From: Paracoccaceae bacterium
GTDB taxonomy: Bacteria > Pseudomonadota > Alphaproteobacteria > Rhodobacterales > Rhodobacteraceae
Direction of reading: 5' to 3'
Assembly (NCBI GenBank): GCA_028097405.1
Contig: JAOHEK010000014.1
Coordinates: forward strand, 2,147-66,146
Length of the DNA: 64,000 nt
Part shown: positions 8,444 to 16,759 of the stretch, piece after piece
How positions within the stretch are numbered: the stretch's first letter is position 1
Layout: each line of letters starts with the position of its first letter
The notes under the pieces: generated by a model
What the model saw: only the letters and a program-made list of their open reading frames with translations
Databases searched by the model: none
Told to the model about the DNA's origin: nothing
Made by a program: the position numbers and the translations under genes

Positions 8444-9181
8444 ATGTTTGATTTGAGCGGGAAGAGCGCGCTTATAACTGGCGCTTCGGGTGGTATCGGA
8501 GCTGCGATTGCCACCGCGTTGCATGGGGCAGGTGCGAGCGTCGGCCTATCGGGAACGCGGGTTGAGCCTTTGGAGGCTTTGGCGACTGAATTGGGCGCGC
8601 GTGCGCATGTTTTGCCGTGCAACCTGTCGGATGGCGCGTCTGTCTCTGAGTTGCCGAAACAAGCGATTGAGGCGATGGGCGCGGTTGATGTTCTGGTCAA
8701 TAATGCGGGCATCACGCGGGACAATCTGTTTATGCGGATGTCTGATGATGAATGGGACAGCGTGATGCAGGTGAACCTGAAATCCGCGATGATCCTGTCC
8801 AAAGGCGTGATGCGGGGCATGATGAAGGCGCGGTGGGGGCGGATTGTGAATATCTCGTCCATCGTTGGGGCGACGGGTAATCCCGGCCAAGCGAATTATG
8901 CGGCGTCAAAGGCAGGGTTGGTTGGTATGTCGAAAAGTCTTGCATATGAGGTGGCGAGCCGGGGCATTACGGTCAATTGTGTGGCGCCGGGGTTTATCAC
9001 GACGGCGATGACCGAAAAGCTGACCGACGAGCAGAAAACCGCAATTTTGGCGCAGGTGCCTGCGGGCCGCATGGGCGAGGCGCTGGAAATTGCGGCAAGC
9101 GTTCTTTATCTGGCAAGCGCTGAAGCTGGATATGTGACGGGTACGACGTTGCATATCAATGGCGGAATGGCCATGTTGTAG
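8444..9181 (+). CDS. fabG: 3-oxoacyl-ACP reductase
   Basis: MFDLSGKSALITGASGGIG plus NYAASKAG, a classic SDR in the fab cluster position. GAAGGAG lies before the ATG at 8444. Confidence 0.9.
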   Translation: MFDLSGKSALITGASGGIGAAIATALHGAGASVGLSGTRVEPLEALATELGARAHVLPCNLSDGASVSELPKQAIEAMGAVDVLVNNAGITRDNLFMRMSDDEWDSVMQVNLKSAMILSKGVMRGMMKARWGRIVNISSIVGATGNPGQANYAASKAGLVGMSKSLAYEVASRGITVNCVAPGFITTAMTEKLTDEQKTAILAQVPAGRMGEALEIAASVLYLASAEAGYVTGTTLHINGGMAML

Positions 9182-9337
9182 CACTTGAGCTCAAGGGATC
9201 ATATCGTTTGCGTTTTATTGCGGATCGGTATATCCGGCGCTCATCCCAGCCGAGGGGTTAATCTTAGGCTGTGTTCGCCCTCAAGGGCGGCAAAGAAGAA
9301 CCGGGGCTAAGTCCCGAGGAACACGTGAGGAATTAAT

Positions 9338-9571
9338 ATGAGCGACATCGCAGAGCGCACGCGCAAAATCGTCGTCGAGCATCTGGGCGTTGAAGAAGAC
9401 AAAGTGGCTGAAAATGCTTCTTTCATCGACGACCTGGGCGCTGACAGTTTGGACACCGTTGAGCTTGTGATGGCTTTCGAAGAAGAGTTTGGAATTGAAA
9501 TTCCAGATGATGCTGCCGAGACCATCCAGACCTTTGGCGATGCCGTCAAATTTATCAAAGAAGCAGCTTAA
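9338..9571 (+). CDS. acpP: Acyl carrier protein
   Basis: 77 aa, with the [26 protein letters not shown] phosphopantetheine-attachment motif. Confidence 0.95.
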   Translation: MSDIAERTRKIVVEHLGVEEDKVAENASFIDDLGADSLDTVELVMAFEEEFGIEIPDDAAETIQTFGDAVKFIKEAA

Positions 9572-9600
9572 TCGCTTGAAAAAGCGATGAAAGTTTGCCC

Positions 9601-9630
9601 GGCCCTTGAGAAATCAAGGGCCGTTTCTTT
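9601..9630. terminator. GC-rich hairpin plus T-rich run after acpP; it overlaps the 3' end of the convergent PilZ gene
   Basis: GGCCCTTGA-GAAA-TCAAGGGCC followed by GTTTCTTT. Confidence 0.5.
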
Positions 9631-10516
9631 GTGTCGATGTCAGGGCTTTGAGGTCGGTGTCGCTGAGCTCTGTGTCGAACATGATCCCGGCAAAATAGCT
9701 GTTTGCCCAGACGACTGAGGCGGATCGCTGACCGATGGGCAGTGATAACAAAAGGGCTGCGCCGTCAGGCAAGGGTTTTGAGACCTTGAGTTTCATCCCG
9801 CCCATGGATGCGTCGAGTGCTGTGACGTCGATCTGGGTTTGGTAGCTGTCTGGGGCACTGTAGATCAGATCGAATTTTAGGGCGATTGGCGCGCGCGGCA
9901 TCCGGTTCAACCGCAAGACGCGCAGGCGTCGTGTTTTGGACAGGACATAGACGAGGCAAAAAGTACTGACGAGGGCGGCGAGGGTTCTTGCGATGATTGT
10001 CAAGTTTTCTGAGGTTGTTTTGGGTGTATAGCGTGTGGGAAAGCTGGCGTTGGTGTTGACGTTGGCGCTGGTTTGGGCGGATATTTTTGCAGCGAGGCGG
10101 ATGTTTTCGCTTTGATCTGTCAGCGCGGTTGCGATGCAGCCGGATTTTCTGATCTCTGCGCCTATCCAGTCAAGTTCATCCAGGGCGGCTAGGAAATCCG
10201 TATCTGGTGGGGTGTTGCCGGTAATAATCTGGATTGAAATGTGCTGGGCAGTTGTGAAAAGCTGGGCCAGTCGACTTTGGTCGACCGTGGTTTCTAGAGT
10301 ATTTACAACGAATTCTGCGTCGATCTTTAATAACGTTTTTTGCAAAAGCGAGGCTGCGCGGCTTTGTGCTTGGCCGGTTTCGGTAACCATGTGGACAAAG
10401 ACGTCGTGGAACCTTGCCAGCGCTTTGATGTTTGCACAGTTTGCAACCGCTGCAGTGGGCTGAAACAGCAGGGCCATAAGTAGGATTACCCGAACTTTAT
10501 GTAGTTGCGCAGACAT
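9614..10516 (-). CDS. Membrane-anchored PilZ-domain protein (putative c-di-GMP receptor)
   Basis: The order is signal peptide (MSAQLHKVRVILLMALLFQPTAAVA), a roughly 200-aa helical exported domain, a transmembrane helix (LTIIARTLAALVSTFCLVYVL), then a C-terminal PilZ domain. The PilZ domain carries RRLRVLR (RxxxR) and DASMGG (DxSxxG). Start trimmed to the ATG at 10516. Confidence 0.6.
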   Translation of the reverse strand: MSAQLHKVRVILLMALLFQPTAAVANCANIKALARFHDVFVHMVTETGQAQSRAASLLQKTLLKIDAEFVVNTLETTVDQSRLAQLFTTAQHISIQIITGNTPPDTDFLAALDELDWIGAEIRKSGCIATALTDQSENIRLAAKISAQTSANVNTNASFPTRYTPKTTSENLTIIARTLAALVSTFCLVYVLSKTRRLRVLRLNRMPRAPIALKFDLIYSAPDSYQTQIDVTALDASMGGMKLKVSKPLPDGAALLLSLPIGQRSASVVWANSYFAGIMFDTELSDTDLKALTSTQRNGP

Positions 10517-10638
10517 GGGCTTTACTACCCTTTGTCTGTTTTCAGATGTGTTAAGGCGAGATTGTGCGCGGTCAGATTGCAGAGGATGCAGGGGGCGTGT
10601 ATGTCTCGTCAAAAGACTAAACGAAGGGGGATTTGAGC

Positions 10639-11901
10639 ATGCGTCGGGTTGTTGTGACAGGATTGGGAGTTGTGTCTCCGCTGGCTTCAGGGGTTGAGGC
10701 GACGTGGTCGCGTCTGTTGGCTGGACAATCGGCTGCGGGGACGATCTCGCGATTTGATGCAAGCCATTTGGGTACGAATTATGCCTGCGAGGTGCCGCGG
10801 GGCGATGGTTCGGAGGGCACGTTTAATCCGGACGACTGGATGGCTCCGAAAGAGCAGCGCAAGGTTGATGACTTTATTCTTTACGGGATGGCGGCGGCTG
10901 AACAAGCCGTACAGGATTCTGGTTGGGCGCCAACAGATACCGAAAGCCTTGAGCGCACGGGCGTGATGATTGGTTCGGGTATTGGCGGATTGCAGTCGAT
11001 TGCCGAGACAGCCGTTTTGTTGAAAGAGCGAGGACCGCGCCGGGTGTCACCGTTCTTTATTCCTGGCGCTTTGATCAATTTGGTGTCGGGGCAGGTTTCG
11101 ATCCGCTTTGGGTTCAAGGGGCCGAACCATGCCGTTGTGACGGCTTGTTCGACGGGTGCCCATGCGATTGGGGATGCTGCGCGTTTGATCATGTTGGACG
11201 ATGCAGATGTGATGGTGGCAGGTGGGGCCGAGAGCCCGATCTGCGAGATCGGGATTGCCGGGTTCAATGCTTGTAAGGCGCTTTCGACAAAGCGCGCTGA
11301 TGAGCCTAAAAAGGCGAGCCGGCCTTATGACGCTGACCGGGATGGGTTCGTGATGGGTGAAGGTGCTGGTGTTGTCGTGTTGGAAGAATACGAGCATGCC
11401 AAAGCGCGCGGTGCCAAGATTTATGCCGAGATTTTGGGCTATGGGTTGTCGGGGGATGCGTATCACATCACGGCACCTTCCGAAAATGGCGAGGGCGGCG
11501 AACGCGCGATGCGCAATGCTTTGCGCTCGGCGGGGCTGACGGGGGCGGACATTGATTACATCAATGCCCATGGCACGTCGACAATGGCGGATACTATTGA
11601 GTTGGGCGCGGTTGAGCGTGTGATGGGCGATGCAGCGACGGGGGCGACGATGTCGTCGACTAAATCTTCGATCGGGCATTTGCTTGGGGCGGCTGGCGCG
11701 GTTGAGGCAATTTTCTGCATTCTGGCGTTGCGCGATCAGGTCGCGCCGCCGACGATCAATCTGGATAATCCGGCGGTGGAGCCGATGTTGGACCTTGCCC
11801 CCAATGCCAAGCGCGAACGTGAGGTTAAGGTGGCCTTGTCGAACAGCTTTGGCTTTGGCGGCACGAATGCTTCGCTGGTACTAGGACGGATGGATCGCTG
11901 A
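10639..11901 (+). CDS. fabF: 3-oxoacyl-ACP synthase II
   Basis: MRRVVVTGLG..., the active-site ACSTGAH, and the C-terminal SNSFGFGGTNASLV. The ATG at 10639 follows GAAGGGGG. The ORF track starts at TTG 10633. Confidence 0.9.
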   Translation: MRRVVVTGLGVVSPLASGVEATWSRLLAGQSAAGTISRFDASHLGTNYACEVPRGDGSEGTFNPDDWMAPKEQRKVDDFILYGMAAAEQAVQDSGWAPTDTESLERTGVMIGSGIGGLQSIAETAVLLKERGPRRVSPFFIPGALINLVSGQVSIRFGFKGPNHAVVTACSTGAHAIGDAARLIMLDDADVMVAGGAESPICEIGIAGFNACKALSTKRADEPKKASRPYDADRDGFVMGEGAGVVVLEEYEHAKARGAKIYAEILGYGLSGDAYHITAPSENGEGGERAMRNALRSAGLTGADIDYINAHGTSTMADTIELGAVERVMGDAATGATMSSTKSSIGHLLGAAGAVEAIFCILALRDQVAPPTINLDNPAVEPMLDLAPNAKREREVKVALSNSFGFGGTNASLVLGRMDR

Positions 11902-13067
11902 TGTGGCGCAACCTTGCTTCGAATTTTCTGACGATACTTATCGTTGCCTTGATCGGCGTGGCAGTCGTCATTGGCTGGGGGCAGCGGCAATATGTGGCCG
12001 AAGGGCCTTTAGAAGAGCCGATGTGTTTGCAGGTGCCTCGGGGCGGTTCGATGGCGCGTGTGGCGGATCAACTGAGTGAGCTTGGTGCTGTTTCGAACGC
12101 CACGATCTATAGGCTTGGCGCACAATATTCCGGGAAGTCGCCATCTTTGAAGGCGGGATCGTTTTTGATCGAAGAAGGCACTTCGATGCAGGAGATCGTG
12201 GCCGAGATCACGGGCGACGGTTTGTCGACCTGTGGGACAGAGATCATTTATTTGGTGTCGGTCAATGGTCAGTCAATGCGGGTGCGCGAGTTGGACACCG
12301 AGAGCCAAGAGTTTGCGACGACGGCAGAGTTTGATCCGAAGGACGAAGCCGCCGTTGTACCGGAGGTCTATGCATCTGCGGTCGAAGACGTAGGCACGCG
12401 GTTCCGGGTTGTTGTTGCAGAAGGTGTGACGTCCTGGCAGGTGGTTGAGGCTTTGCGGGCCTCTGATCTGTTTGAGGGCGAGGTGGCTGCGGTTCCCGAG
12501 GAGGGATCGCTTGCGCCGGATGGTTACGAAATTCGTCCCGGTGCGGATCGTGCAGAGTTTTTGGCGAACATGGCGAGCGCTCAGGAAAACTTCCTAGCGT
12601 CGGCTTGGGAGGCTCGCGCGGCCGATGCGCCGGTTGAAACGCCTGAAGAGGCGTTGATCTTGGCCTCGATCATCGAGAAGGAAACGGGCGTTGCGGATGA
12701 GCGGCCTTTGGTGGCCAGCGTATTTGCGAACCGGTTGCGGCGGGGCATCAAGCTTCAGACGGACCCGACGGTGATTTATGGTGTGACCGAGGGCAAATCG
12801 GTTTTGGGCCGTGGATTGCGGCAAAGCGAGTTGCGTGCACGCACACCTTGGAACACCTATGTGATTGATGGCTTGCCGCCGACGCCGATTGCGAATCCGG
12901 GGCGGGCTTCGATCGAGGCGGCGTTGGCTCCGGCTGAGTCGGATTACATCTTTTTTGTCGCCGATGGTACGGGTGGCCACGCTTTTGCGGTCACGTTGGA
13001 TGAGCACAACGCCAATGTGGCCAAGTGGCGCCAGATTGAACGCGACCGGGCGAATGCCGACAATTGA
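11901..13067 (+). CDS. mltG: Endolytic murein transglycosylase (YceG family)
   Basis: N-terminal transmembrane helix, YceG-like core (ASIIEKETG, LQTDPTVIYG, NTYVIDGLPPTPIANPG). Confidence 0.85.
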   Translation: MWRNLASNFLTILIVALIGVAVVIGWGQRQYVAEGPLEEPMCLQVPRGGSMARVADQLSELGAVSNATIYRLGAQYSGKSPSLKAGSFLIEEGTSMQEIVAEITGDGLSTCGTEIIYLVSVNGQSMRVRELDTESQEFATTAEFDPKDEAAVVPEVYASAVEDVGTRFRVVVAEGVTSWQVVEALRASDLFEGEVAAVPEEGSLAPDGYEIRPGADRAEFLANMASAQENFLASAWEARAADAPVETPEEALILASIIEKETGVADERPLVASVFANRLRRGIKLQTDPTVIYGVTEGKSVLGRGLRQSELRARTPWNTYVIDGLPPTPIANPGRASIEAALAPAESDYIFFVADGTGGHAFAVTLDEHNANVAKWRQIERDRANADN

Positions 13068-13123
13068 GGGTTCTAACCGTCTATTCTGACTGAAAAATCC
13101 GGCTGTTGTTTACGATTTCTTAA

Positions 13124-13152
13124 TTGCAGCGAACGGTATTTGTCAATATAAT
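13124..13152 (+). promoter_or_regulatory. Candidate sigma70-type promoter for the GTA cluster (TTGCAG-N17-TATAAT), overlapping a partial CtrA-like box
   Basis: TTGCAG sits at 13124-13129 and TATAAT at 13147-13152, exactly 17 nt apart, inside an AT-rich island about 130 nt upstream of g1. TTAA-N7-GAAC lies at 13120-13134. Confidence 0.25.
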
Positions 13153-13278
13153 CAATAACTTAGATCTTGACGGATCGACTGTTCTGGGGTACACCTTTGA
13201 GCAAGCTAGGAAACGTGGCAGCGCGGCATCGGGGAAACTTCGACGCCGCTTTTTCTTTCTCAAAAAGCGAGGACAGCC

Positions 13279-13641
13279 ATGGATGATGATCCGTCCGTTA
13301 TTGCGGGCACGTTCAAGTCGCGCCGATTGTTGAAACACAGCGAGACAGCATTAGAAGATGTTTTGGCTGCGTTCGATCTTATGTCCGAGCGTATTCTAAA
13401 TGGCGAAGAGGATGTCACTCTCGCCGAGATTTCGAAGTCGCGGTCGCATCTCGGCTATGTCCGCGCGCAGCTTGTCGAGGAGGTCAACCGCCATGAAAAA
13501 CGTATCTTCCATTCAGAAGGACTTGTCGCAGACGCACCCTTGGACTTTGACGCAATCCGATCTTCGGTCGGGGGCAAGCTTGATCGCATCCGAGACGCTA
13601 GAGACGCAGAAGGCGTTTCTGGAGAGTTTGGAGAGGGATGA
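13279..13641 (+). CDS. RcGTA g1-like small protein (putative small terminase)
   Basis: First ORF of the cluster, 120 aa and helical, lying directly before and overlapping the large terminase. The call rests on position and size; no strong motif. Confidence 0.5.
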   Translation: MDDDPSVIAGTFKSRRLLKHSETALEDVLAAFDLMSERILNGEEDVTLAEISKSRSHLGYVRAQLVEEVNRHEKRIFHSEGLVADAPLDFDAIRSSVGGKLDRIRDARDAEGVSGEFGEG

Positions 13642-14905
13642 GTTACGAGCGTTGCCTTACATGTTTGATTTCTGGGCATTGCCGCATCAGTTGGCGCCTG
13701 AGGGGGATTGGAAGACTTGGGTTATCCTTGGGGGGCGTGGTGCTGGTAAGACGCGGGCAGGGTCCGAGTGGGTGCGGATGCAAGTCGAAGGCTCGGGGCC
13801 GAATGATCCGGGACTTGCCACGCGCATAGCTTTAGTGGGCGAGACGTTTGATCAGGCGCGTGACGTGATGGTCTTTGGCGAGAGCGGAATTTTGGAGTGT
13901 TCGCCGCCCGACCGTCGACCCACTTGGGAAGCGGGTAAGCGTCAGTTGGTTTGGAAGAACGGTGCGGTGGCCAAGGTTTATTCGGCGCATGATTACGAGG
14001 GGCTTCGTGGTCCTCAGTTTGATGGGGCTTGGGTGGATGAGTTGGCAAAGTGGCCGAAGGCAGATGAGGCTTGGAACATGTTGCAGTTTGCGCTGCGCCT
14101 TGGCGATCACCCACAACAGGTGGTGACGACGACGCCTCGGAATGTGCCGGTGTTGAAACGCATCATGAGTTCGCAAAGCTCGGTCATGACCCATGCGCCG
14201 ACCAGCGCCAACAAAGCCAATCTGGCGAATTCGTTTCTGGATGAGATCGAAACGCAGTTTGGCGGCACGCGGCAGGGGCGTCAGGAGATCGAGGGTGTTT
14301 TGATCGAAGATGTCGAGGGCGCGTTGTGGACGCGTGAGATATTGGAAGCGGCTTGGGTTGAGGATGCGGGCGATCTGGACCGGATCGTTGTGGCTGTTGA
14401 TCCGCCCGTCAGTTCCAAAGCGGATTCCGATGAATGTGGGATAGTGGTTGCGGGCGTTCGGTTTGGCGAGACGAAGCGAGACTGGACCGGCGTTGTTCTG
14501 GCGGATGTCAGTCTGGCCGGAGCCACGCCTACGGTTTGGGCAAGGGCGGTTGTTGAGGCATACGAACGATTTGGCGCGGACCGGATTGTGGCCGAGGTGA
14601 ACCAAGGCGGGGATCTGGTGGGCGAGATGTTGGCGCAGGTTGATCCTTCGGTGCCGTTGAAAGCGGTGCATGCGAGTAAGGGCAAAGTGGCGCGGGCTGA
14701 GCCCGTGGCGGCTTTGTACGAACAGGGCCGGGTGCGGCATCTGCGAGGGCTTGGTTTGTTGGAAGAACAAATGGGGCTGATGGCGCGCGATGGTTATGCG
14801 GGCAAAGGGAGTCCGGACCGGGTGGATGCTTTGGTTTGGGCTTTGACTGAGTTGTTGATCCGCCCCGCCGATGCGCGGCCAAGGGTGCGTAGTTTGGGCG
14901 GTTAG
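13493..14905 (+). CDS. Terminase large subunit (RcGTA g2-like)
   Basis: ALPYMFDFWALPHQLAPEGDWKTWVILGGRGAGKTRAGSEW contains the Walker A motif, and the C-terminal nuclease half is present. The start is uncertain: the ATG at 13493 was chosen, while the ORF is open from 13400. Confidence 0.85.
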   Translation: MKNVSSIQKDLSQTHPWTLTQSDLRSGASLIASETLETQKAFLESLERDELRALPYMFDFWALPHQLAPEGDWKTWVILGGRGAGKTRAGSEWVRMQVEGSGPNDPGLATRIALVGETFDQARDVMVFGESGILECSPPDRRPTWEAGKRQLVWKNGAVAKVYSAHDYEGLRGPQFDGAWVDELAKWPKADEAWNMLQFALRLGDHPQQVVTTTPRNVPVLKRIMSSQSSVMTHAPTSANKANLANSFLDEIETQFGGTRQGRQEIEGVLIEDVEGALWTREILEAAWVEDAGDLDRIVVAVDPPVSSKADSDECGIVVAGVRFGETKRDWTGVVLADVSLAGATPTVWARAVVEAYERFGADRIVAEVNQGGDLVGEMLAQVDPSVPLKAVHASKGKVARAEPVAALYEQGRVRHLRGLGLLEEQMGLMARDGYAGKGSPDRVDALVWALTELLIRPADARPRVRSLGG

Positions 14906-14983
14906 GACCGCCCCAAAATAGCAGATGATTTGATCCGTTCCAGACCGGGACGAGCCGCCCGTCTTGGGCGAAAGGAGAAGCTG

Positions 14984-16156
14984 ATGGTATTGGACTTTCT
15001 GAAGCGGCGCGCCGAGACGACGCCGAACGTAAAAGCGTCGGCTGCGGGGCCTGTGATTGCCTATGCGAGTTCAGGGCGTGTGGCCTGGAGCCCGCGCGAC
15101 ACCGGGTCACTGACGCGGCAGGGGTTTTCCGGCAATCCCGTGGGGTTCCGGGTGGTAAAGTTGATCGCGGAAGCCGCCAGTGCCTTGCCGTTGATTTTAC
15201 AGGACAGTGATGCGCGCTATGAGACGCATCCTGTTTTGTCGCTGATCGGGCGGCCCAATCCGGGGCAAGGTCAATCGGACTTATTTGAAGCATTGTACGG
15301 GCAGCTTTTGTTGTCGGGAAATGGGTATGTCGAGGTTGTTTTGGACGACGCGGGCGCGCCGTCTGAATTGCATGTGTTGCGTTCGGACCGGATGTCGGTC
15401 GTGCCGGGGGCGGATGGTTGGCCGGTGGCCTATGAGTACAAAGTGGGTGGGCGGAAGCATCGGTTTCCGGTCGTGGATGGCATATCGACGATTTGCCACG
15501 TGAAGGCCTTTCATCCGCAAGATGATCATTATGGGTTGTCGCCGATGCAGGCGGCAGCAGCCGCGGTGGATGTCCACAATGCGGCTTCGGCTTGGTCGAA
15601 GGCTTTGCTGGACAATGCGGCGCGGCCATCAGGTGCGATTGTGTACAAGGGCCCCGAAGGCAGCGAGACGATGACGCCGGATCAGTATGATCGGTTGTTG
15701 TGCGAGATGGAGGCGCATCATACGGGCGCGCGCAATGCGGGGCGGCCGATGTTGTTGGAGGGTGGTCTGGATTGGAAGCCGATGGGGTTCAGCCCGTCGG
15801 ATATGGAATTCCAGAAGACGAAGGAATCTGCTGGGCGCGAGATTGCCTTGGCGTTTGGCGTGCCTCCGATGCTGTTGGGGATCCCCGGTGACGCGACCTA
15901 TTCCAACTATCAGGAAGCCAATCGGGCCTTCTATCGTTTGACCGTACTGCCACTTGTCCAAAAAGTAACCGGTGCAATGTCACATTGGCTGGGCGGGTTT
16001 TCTGGTGATTTGGTCGCCTTGAAACCCGATCTGGATCAAGTGCCGGCTTTGGCGGTTGAGCGGGAAGCGCAATGGCGTCGGGTGGCGGGGGCTGCGTTCC
16101 TGTCGGACGCCGAAAAGCGCGCCTTGCTTGGGTTGCCAAAGCTGATGGAGGAGTGA
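14984..16156 (+). CDS. HK97-family portal protein (g3-like)
   Basis: Portal-like sequence of about 390 aa between terminase and protease. AAAGGAG precedes the ATG at 14984. Confidence 0.85.
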   Translation: MVLDFLKRRAETTPNVKASAAGPVIAYASSGRVAWSPRDTGSLTRQGFSGNPVGFRVVKLIAEAASALPLILQDSDARYETHPVLSLIGRPNPGQGQSDLFEALYGQLLLSGNGYVEVVLDDAGAPSELHVLRSDRMSVVPGADGWPVAYEYKVGGRKHRFPVVDGISTICHVKAFHPQDDHYGLSPMQAAAAAVDVHNAASAWSKALLDNAARPSGAIVYKGPEGSETMTPDQYDRLLCEMEAHHTGARNAGRPMLLEGGLDWKPMGFSPSDMEFQKTKESAGREIALAFGVPPMLLGIPGDATYSNYQEANRAFYRLTVLPLVQKVTGAMSHWLGGFSGDLVALKPDLDQVPALAVEREAQWRRVAGAAFLSDAEKRALLGLPKLMEE

Positions 16157-16159
16157 GGA

Positions 16160-16726
16160 ATGGAAATGATTGAGACAGAATTAGAACGCAAGTTCTGCCG
16201 TACTGACCAGATGCTTGAGGTCAAGGACGGTGTATCGATCGAGGGTTATGCTTCGCTGTTTGGTCAGGTGGACCGGGGCAACGATGTGGTTGAACGCGGC
16301 GCTTATGCTTCGTCGCTGAAGTCGCTTGTTAAGGCCGGTCGCCGGGTTCGGATGCTGTGGCAGCACGATCCAAGCGAACCCATCGGGGTATGGGACGAGG
16401 TGCGCGAAGACAGCAACGGGCTTTATGTGAAGGGCCGTTTGCTGGCGGATGTGGCCCGCGCCCGCGAGGCGGCGGCGCTGCTGGAAGCCGGTGCGATCGA
16501 AGGACTGTCGATCGGATACCGAACTGTCAAAGCCACGAAAGACGATGCGGGGCGGAGACGCCTTCAGGAACTGGAGCTTTGGGAGGTGTCGCTTGTCACT
16601 TTCCCGATGCTTCCCGAAGCGCGGGTGGGCGCCAAGGGGGAGACCCCCGACGACGGCCTGTTGCGCGACCTTGCGGCGGTTATTGAGGATGCCCGCTGCG
16701 ATCTTGCACGGGGCCATCTGGACTAA
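16160..16726 (+). CDS. HK97-family prohead protease (g4-like)
   Basis: IEGYASLFGQVDRGNDVVERGAY...LWQHD...PIG...LSIGY matches the prohead serine protease pattern. Confidence 0.85.
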   Translation: MEMIETELERKFCRTDQMLEVKDGVSIEGYASLFGQVDRGNDVVERGAYASSLKSLVKAGRRVRMLWQHDPSEPIGVWDEVREDSNGLYVKGRLLADVARAREAAALLEAGAIEGLSIGYRTVKATKDDAGRRRLQELELWEVSLVTFPMLPEARVGAKGETPDDGLLRDLAAVIEDARCDLARGHLD

Positions 16727-16759
16727 GGTCCAAGCCCTCCCAACCAAAGGAAACTCACC

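Noticed and set aside
7406-8524. Long antisense ORFs opposite well-supported genes. Examples: 7406..8524 (-) versus fabD/fabG; 13832..14770 (-) and 14529..15629 (-) versus terminase and portal; 25139..26359 (-) versus g15; 43304..44209 (-) versus dgt/argS; 39596..40237 (+) versus AcnX.
   Set aside because: Their translations are Arg/Pro/His/Gln-rich low-complexity strings with no recognisable motifs. They lie exactly opposite genes with strong family signatures. In high-GC genomes such shadow ORFs arise from stop-codon depletion.
10633-10638. TTG 10633 as the fabF start, and similar alternative-codon starts proposed by the ORF track for tatA, the g7-like gene, the tape measure, cysE, argS and bamE.
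   Set aside because: In each case an in-frame ATG a few codons downstream has better spacing from a purine-rich Shine-Dalgarno-like motif. It also reproduces the family-typical N-terminus, for example MRRVVVTGLG for FabF.
13120-13338. Mirror-image ORFs 13120..13338 (-) and 13124..13333 (+) in the region upstream of GTA g1.
   Set aside because: They occupy the AT-rich promoter island, have no Shine-Dalgarno motif, and show implausible composition. The region is better explained as regulatory DNA.
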